A DNA stretch of 64,000 nt from Antedon mediterranea. Taxonomy: Eukaryota; Animalia; Echinodermata. The DNA lies in the NCBI RefSeq assembly GCF_964355755.1, contig NC_092674.1, positions 27,094,001-27,158,000 on the forward strand, given 5' to 3'. The notes beneath the pieces were generated by a model. That model saw only the letters and a list, made by a program, of their open reading frames with translations. It searched no databases and was not told the origin of the DNA. The position numbers and the translations under genes were made by a program. Positions 62,001 through 64,000 of this stretch are shown in pieces. Numbering within the stretch: position 1 is the stretch's first letter; each line of letters begins with the position of its first letter.

Positions 62001-62678
62001 CATTGTTTGTGTTCCCACTTATGATTGTAAAGATGAGTTCACCATTAGCTCCTTCATCTGCATCCGTGGCAGTTACCTCAAGGAATTCCACACCTACTGG
62101 CAGACTTTCTGACACTGTGACATGAGGAGAGTCAACCAGGAACACTGGTGGATTATCGTTGCTATCAGTGATCTCAACAGCAATGTTCATTGAAGAACTC
62201 TGCACTGGTTGCCCTTTATCGCTGGCAATCACCATCAATGTATATTGTGCGATGCTCTCTCTGTCCAGCTGTCCCCACACTTGCAGGTTTCCATCTGCAT
62301 CTAAACGGAAGGCATCACCAGGAACCGGAGACATACTATAACTGACATAACTATTCTCTGTCGCATCTGGATCTGTGGCACGAATGACCATGATAACGGA
62401 ACCAATGATGGTGTTTTCTGGAACTGAAATTTCATCCAGATTTGTGAATTGTGGAGCGTTGTCATTGATATCACTAAGAAGGATCGACACCTGTGCAGTA
62501 CCAGATCTTGCCATTGAGGCATCACTTGGTTGATCAGTGGCAGTGACAGCGAGGTTGTAGAAAGCCTTAGACTCCCTGTCAAGCTGTTTGTTAGTATAAA
62601 TATATCCTTCATCATTCACAGTAAAAAGGTTACCAGAATTACCAGATGTAATGGAGTATTTTATCATGGCATTATCAC
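32063..62678 (-). CDS. FAT4: Protocadherin Fat4 / Drosophila Fat ortholog, 3' part; exons 61581-62678, 44381-44561, 43939-44201, 38733-43507, 35664-35752, 34815-35119, 34394-34605, 33939-34206, 32063-33801; 5' exons lie beyond the window
   Basis: Many cadherin repeats (LDRE, DINDNAPVF), EGF repeats, two laminin-G domains, TM helix LVIILIVVFIILAGIIAALLFFIFW; Fat4-type tail motifs EHYDIENASSIAPSD, DSFTCSEFE, FNWDQLLNWGPAF...VFKDISQL and C-terminal EEYV. GT-AG introns with matching phases. Confidence 0.95.
47439..49738. mobile_element. 2.3-kb non-autonomous P-element-like transposon in the 17-kb Fat4 intron
   Basis: TIR CATGGAGTAAAGAATAAGAGGAGACACAACT / AGTTGTGCCTCCTCTTATTCTTTACTCCATG (~31 bp, one mismatch); 7-bp TSD AATATAC at 47432-47438 and 49739-49745; no transposase ORF inside. 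Confidence 0.88.
49965..50590 (+). mobile_element. 626-bp Kolobok-like MITE, copy 1
   Basis: TTAA on both sides; AG...CT termini with short imperfect TIRs (AGCCCCATTCCCTAC / GCAGGGAAAGGGTCT); near-identical inverted copy at 63225-63850. Confidence 0.9.
52693..53480. repeat. Degenerate ~180-bp tandem repeat (3 or more copies) interrupted by the hairpin element
   Basis: AAAGACAGGCCATAAAA..GAACATTAAA...AGAAATTACACTACCAGA recurs near 52715, 52893 and 53419. Confidence 0.6.
53056..53370 (-). mobile_element. Third copy of the hairpin element
   Basis: Reverse complement of 29713-30027, identical as far as read by eye. Confidence 0.88.
54382..54682 (-). mobile_element. tRNA-derived SINE with Deu/Nin-like central domain
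   Basis: Minus strand: A box TGGCCGAGCGG, B box GGTTCGAGGC, then TCGGATAAGGACTATAAACCGTAGGTCC...TTAAAGAACC...GAGTAGGGGGTTACCCCGGTG, resembling the recalled Deu/Nin core; A-rich tail. Confidence 0.8.
59629..59735. mobile_element. MITE family X, truncated copy 4
   Basis: GGGCACATCACATTTTTTTGTCACATAAAGTGTGATACTGTGGACAGAGCTT matches one end of the family. Confidence 0.7.
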
Positions 62679-63224
62679 CTAAAAATAAAAAGGATATCAA
62701 ATGTTGTTAACACATAAATAAAAGACTATGGTATTCTAAAATTAGTACAAAAAACAGATGTCATTAAATTACGATTTCAATTCCACAGAAAATCAAGGGT
62801 CAACTTTATAAAATTGTATTTATATGAGATCACAAGCATTCCAATAGCAAAAATTATACGCAAGATTTGATTCGGAATGATTTGGAAAAATCTCAAGTAC
62901 TTTGCTCCCAAAGTATAGGTACAATAAATACCACCAACAGTTACCTATTCAAGCTACCTTATGTAATTTCTATCGAGGATACGAACGGATCGATTTACCT
63001 CGACAAAAGAAATAATAACAAAGATCAGGCTAAGTACTAATTGTACTTAAGGAATATTAAAAGCCCCACTTGATATAAAAGGGTACATATTCCTAACCTT
63101 AGGGTATAATTTTACACATAAGTACAATATAATATTTGATTATGATGCATTAGAGCAATACTATTATAATTTTAGGACCCTGGGATTGCATCACTATCCG
63201 GGCCCAGACATATTGTTTTGTTAA

Positions 63225-63850
63225 AGACCCCTTCCCTGCAATTTTGGACGTTTTTTGGAAAATAATACATATATATCACTTTAAAAACATTAAACCATGT
63301 CATTCCTTGTCTTAAATGTACGTTTTATGGTAAATTATGATAAAAAGTGAGAAACAATGCACTACCTAAGTAGCTCGCGGCGATCGACCTCTCGTGGACG
63401 GTCTTAGGCCTAGCCTAGCTAGGCTTAGTTTTGTAGGCCTAGCTGGTAAACATCGGTAACGTACGAACATCGTACGCGAGCTATATACCTAGCCTGACGT
63501 TGTATAGTTGCTGCATTAATTGTCTTTCTATTTTTGCCAGACTCCGTTGATACAAATTGGGGAAAACCCGGTATTTTCGCTGAAAAGTTAGGAGTCTTCC
63601 ATTTGTTTTGGCCTCACGATCGATCGAAAAGTGGGCGAATTACAGGTGAAAAACAAAAATATCAATCCGCGCGCAATGCATTTTGGGATTTATAGCGGGC
63701 CGCTATAATTATTAGAATCGACTTATTTTTCACATTTTTAACCGTTTAAAGACGAAAAAAGTTATCGCAATAGGACCATATAGTATTATTTTTACATTAA
63801 ATATAGTTTGTGATCTTAAATTAGATCTAAAAAACATAGGGAATGGGGCT
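63225..63850 (-). mobile_element. 626-bp Kolobok-like MITE, copy 2 (inverted relative to copy 1)
   Basis: TTAA flanks at 63221-63224 and 63851-63854; reverse complement of 49965-50590 with about ten substitutions seen by eye. Confidence 0.9.
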
Positions 63851-64000
63851 TTAAGATTTCTCCACACTTCATGCTATAACCAGGAGGAACTAGGCAGGCA
63901 TGCCTACATAAAAATGAAGTTGACATAAATTAATAATTGACAGATATAAGCACTTTCACAGGTTTAGTTTGTATGTATCACAAATGTTATTACTTCTGTG

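Overview
AT-rich, intron-containing animal DNA; gene content and a Deu/Nin-type SINE suggest an invertebrate deuterostome such as an echinoderm (inference only). From left to right: a ~4.2-kb satellite made of two different ~99-bp hairpin monomers; FANCB (+, 8 coding exons); PFAS/FGAM synthase (-, ~21 coding exons); a stand-alone gene for a POLR1D isoform-2-like protein with a long charged tail (-); a 4-exon THAP gene that keeps P-element transposase N-terminal domains but no catalytic domain (-); and the 3' part of a Fat4/Fat giant cadherin (-, 5' end outside the window). Introns and intergenic DNA hold many non-autonomous DNA transposons (P-like, Kolobok-like, hAT-like, Pangu/Harbinger-like, a hairpin element), tRNA-derived SINEs, and two Penelope-type minimal hammerhead motifs. 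Best leads: the P-element trio (domesticated THAP gene, 2.3-kb P-like element, probable excision footprint), the hairpin satellite at the FANCB 5' end, intronic hammerheads in PFAS, a hairpin element in flip and flop forms, and inverted MITEs bracketing an in-frame Fat4 exon. All calls come from reading the sequence and recalled family features; no searches were run.
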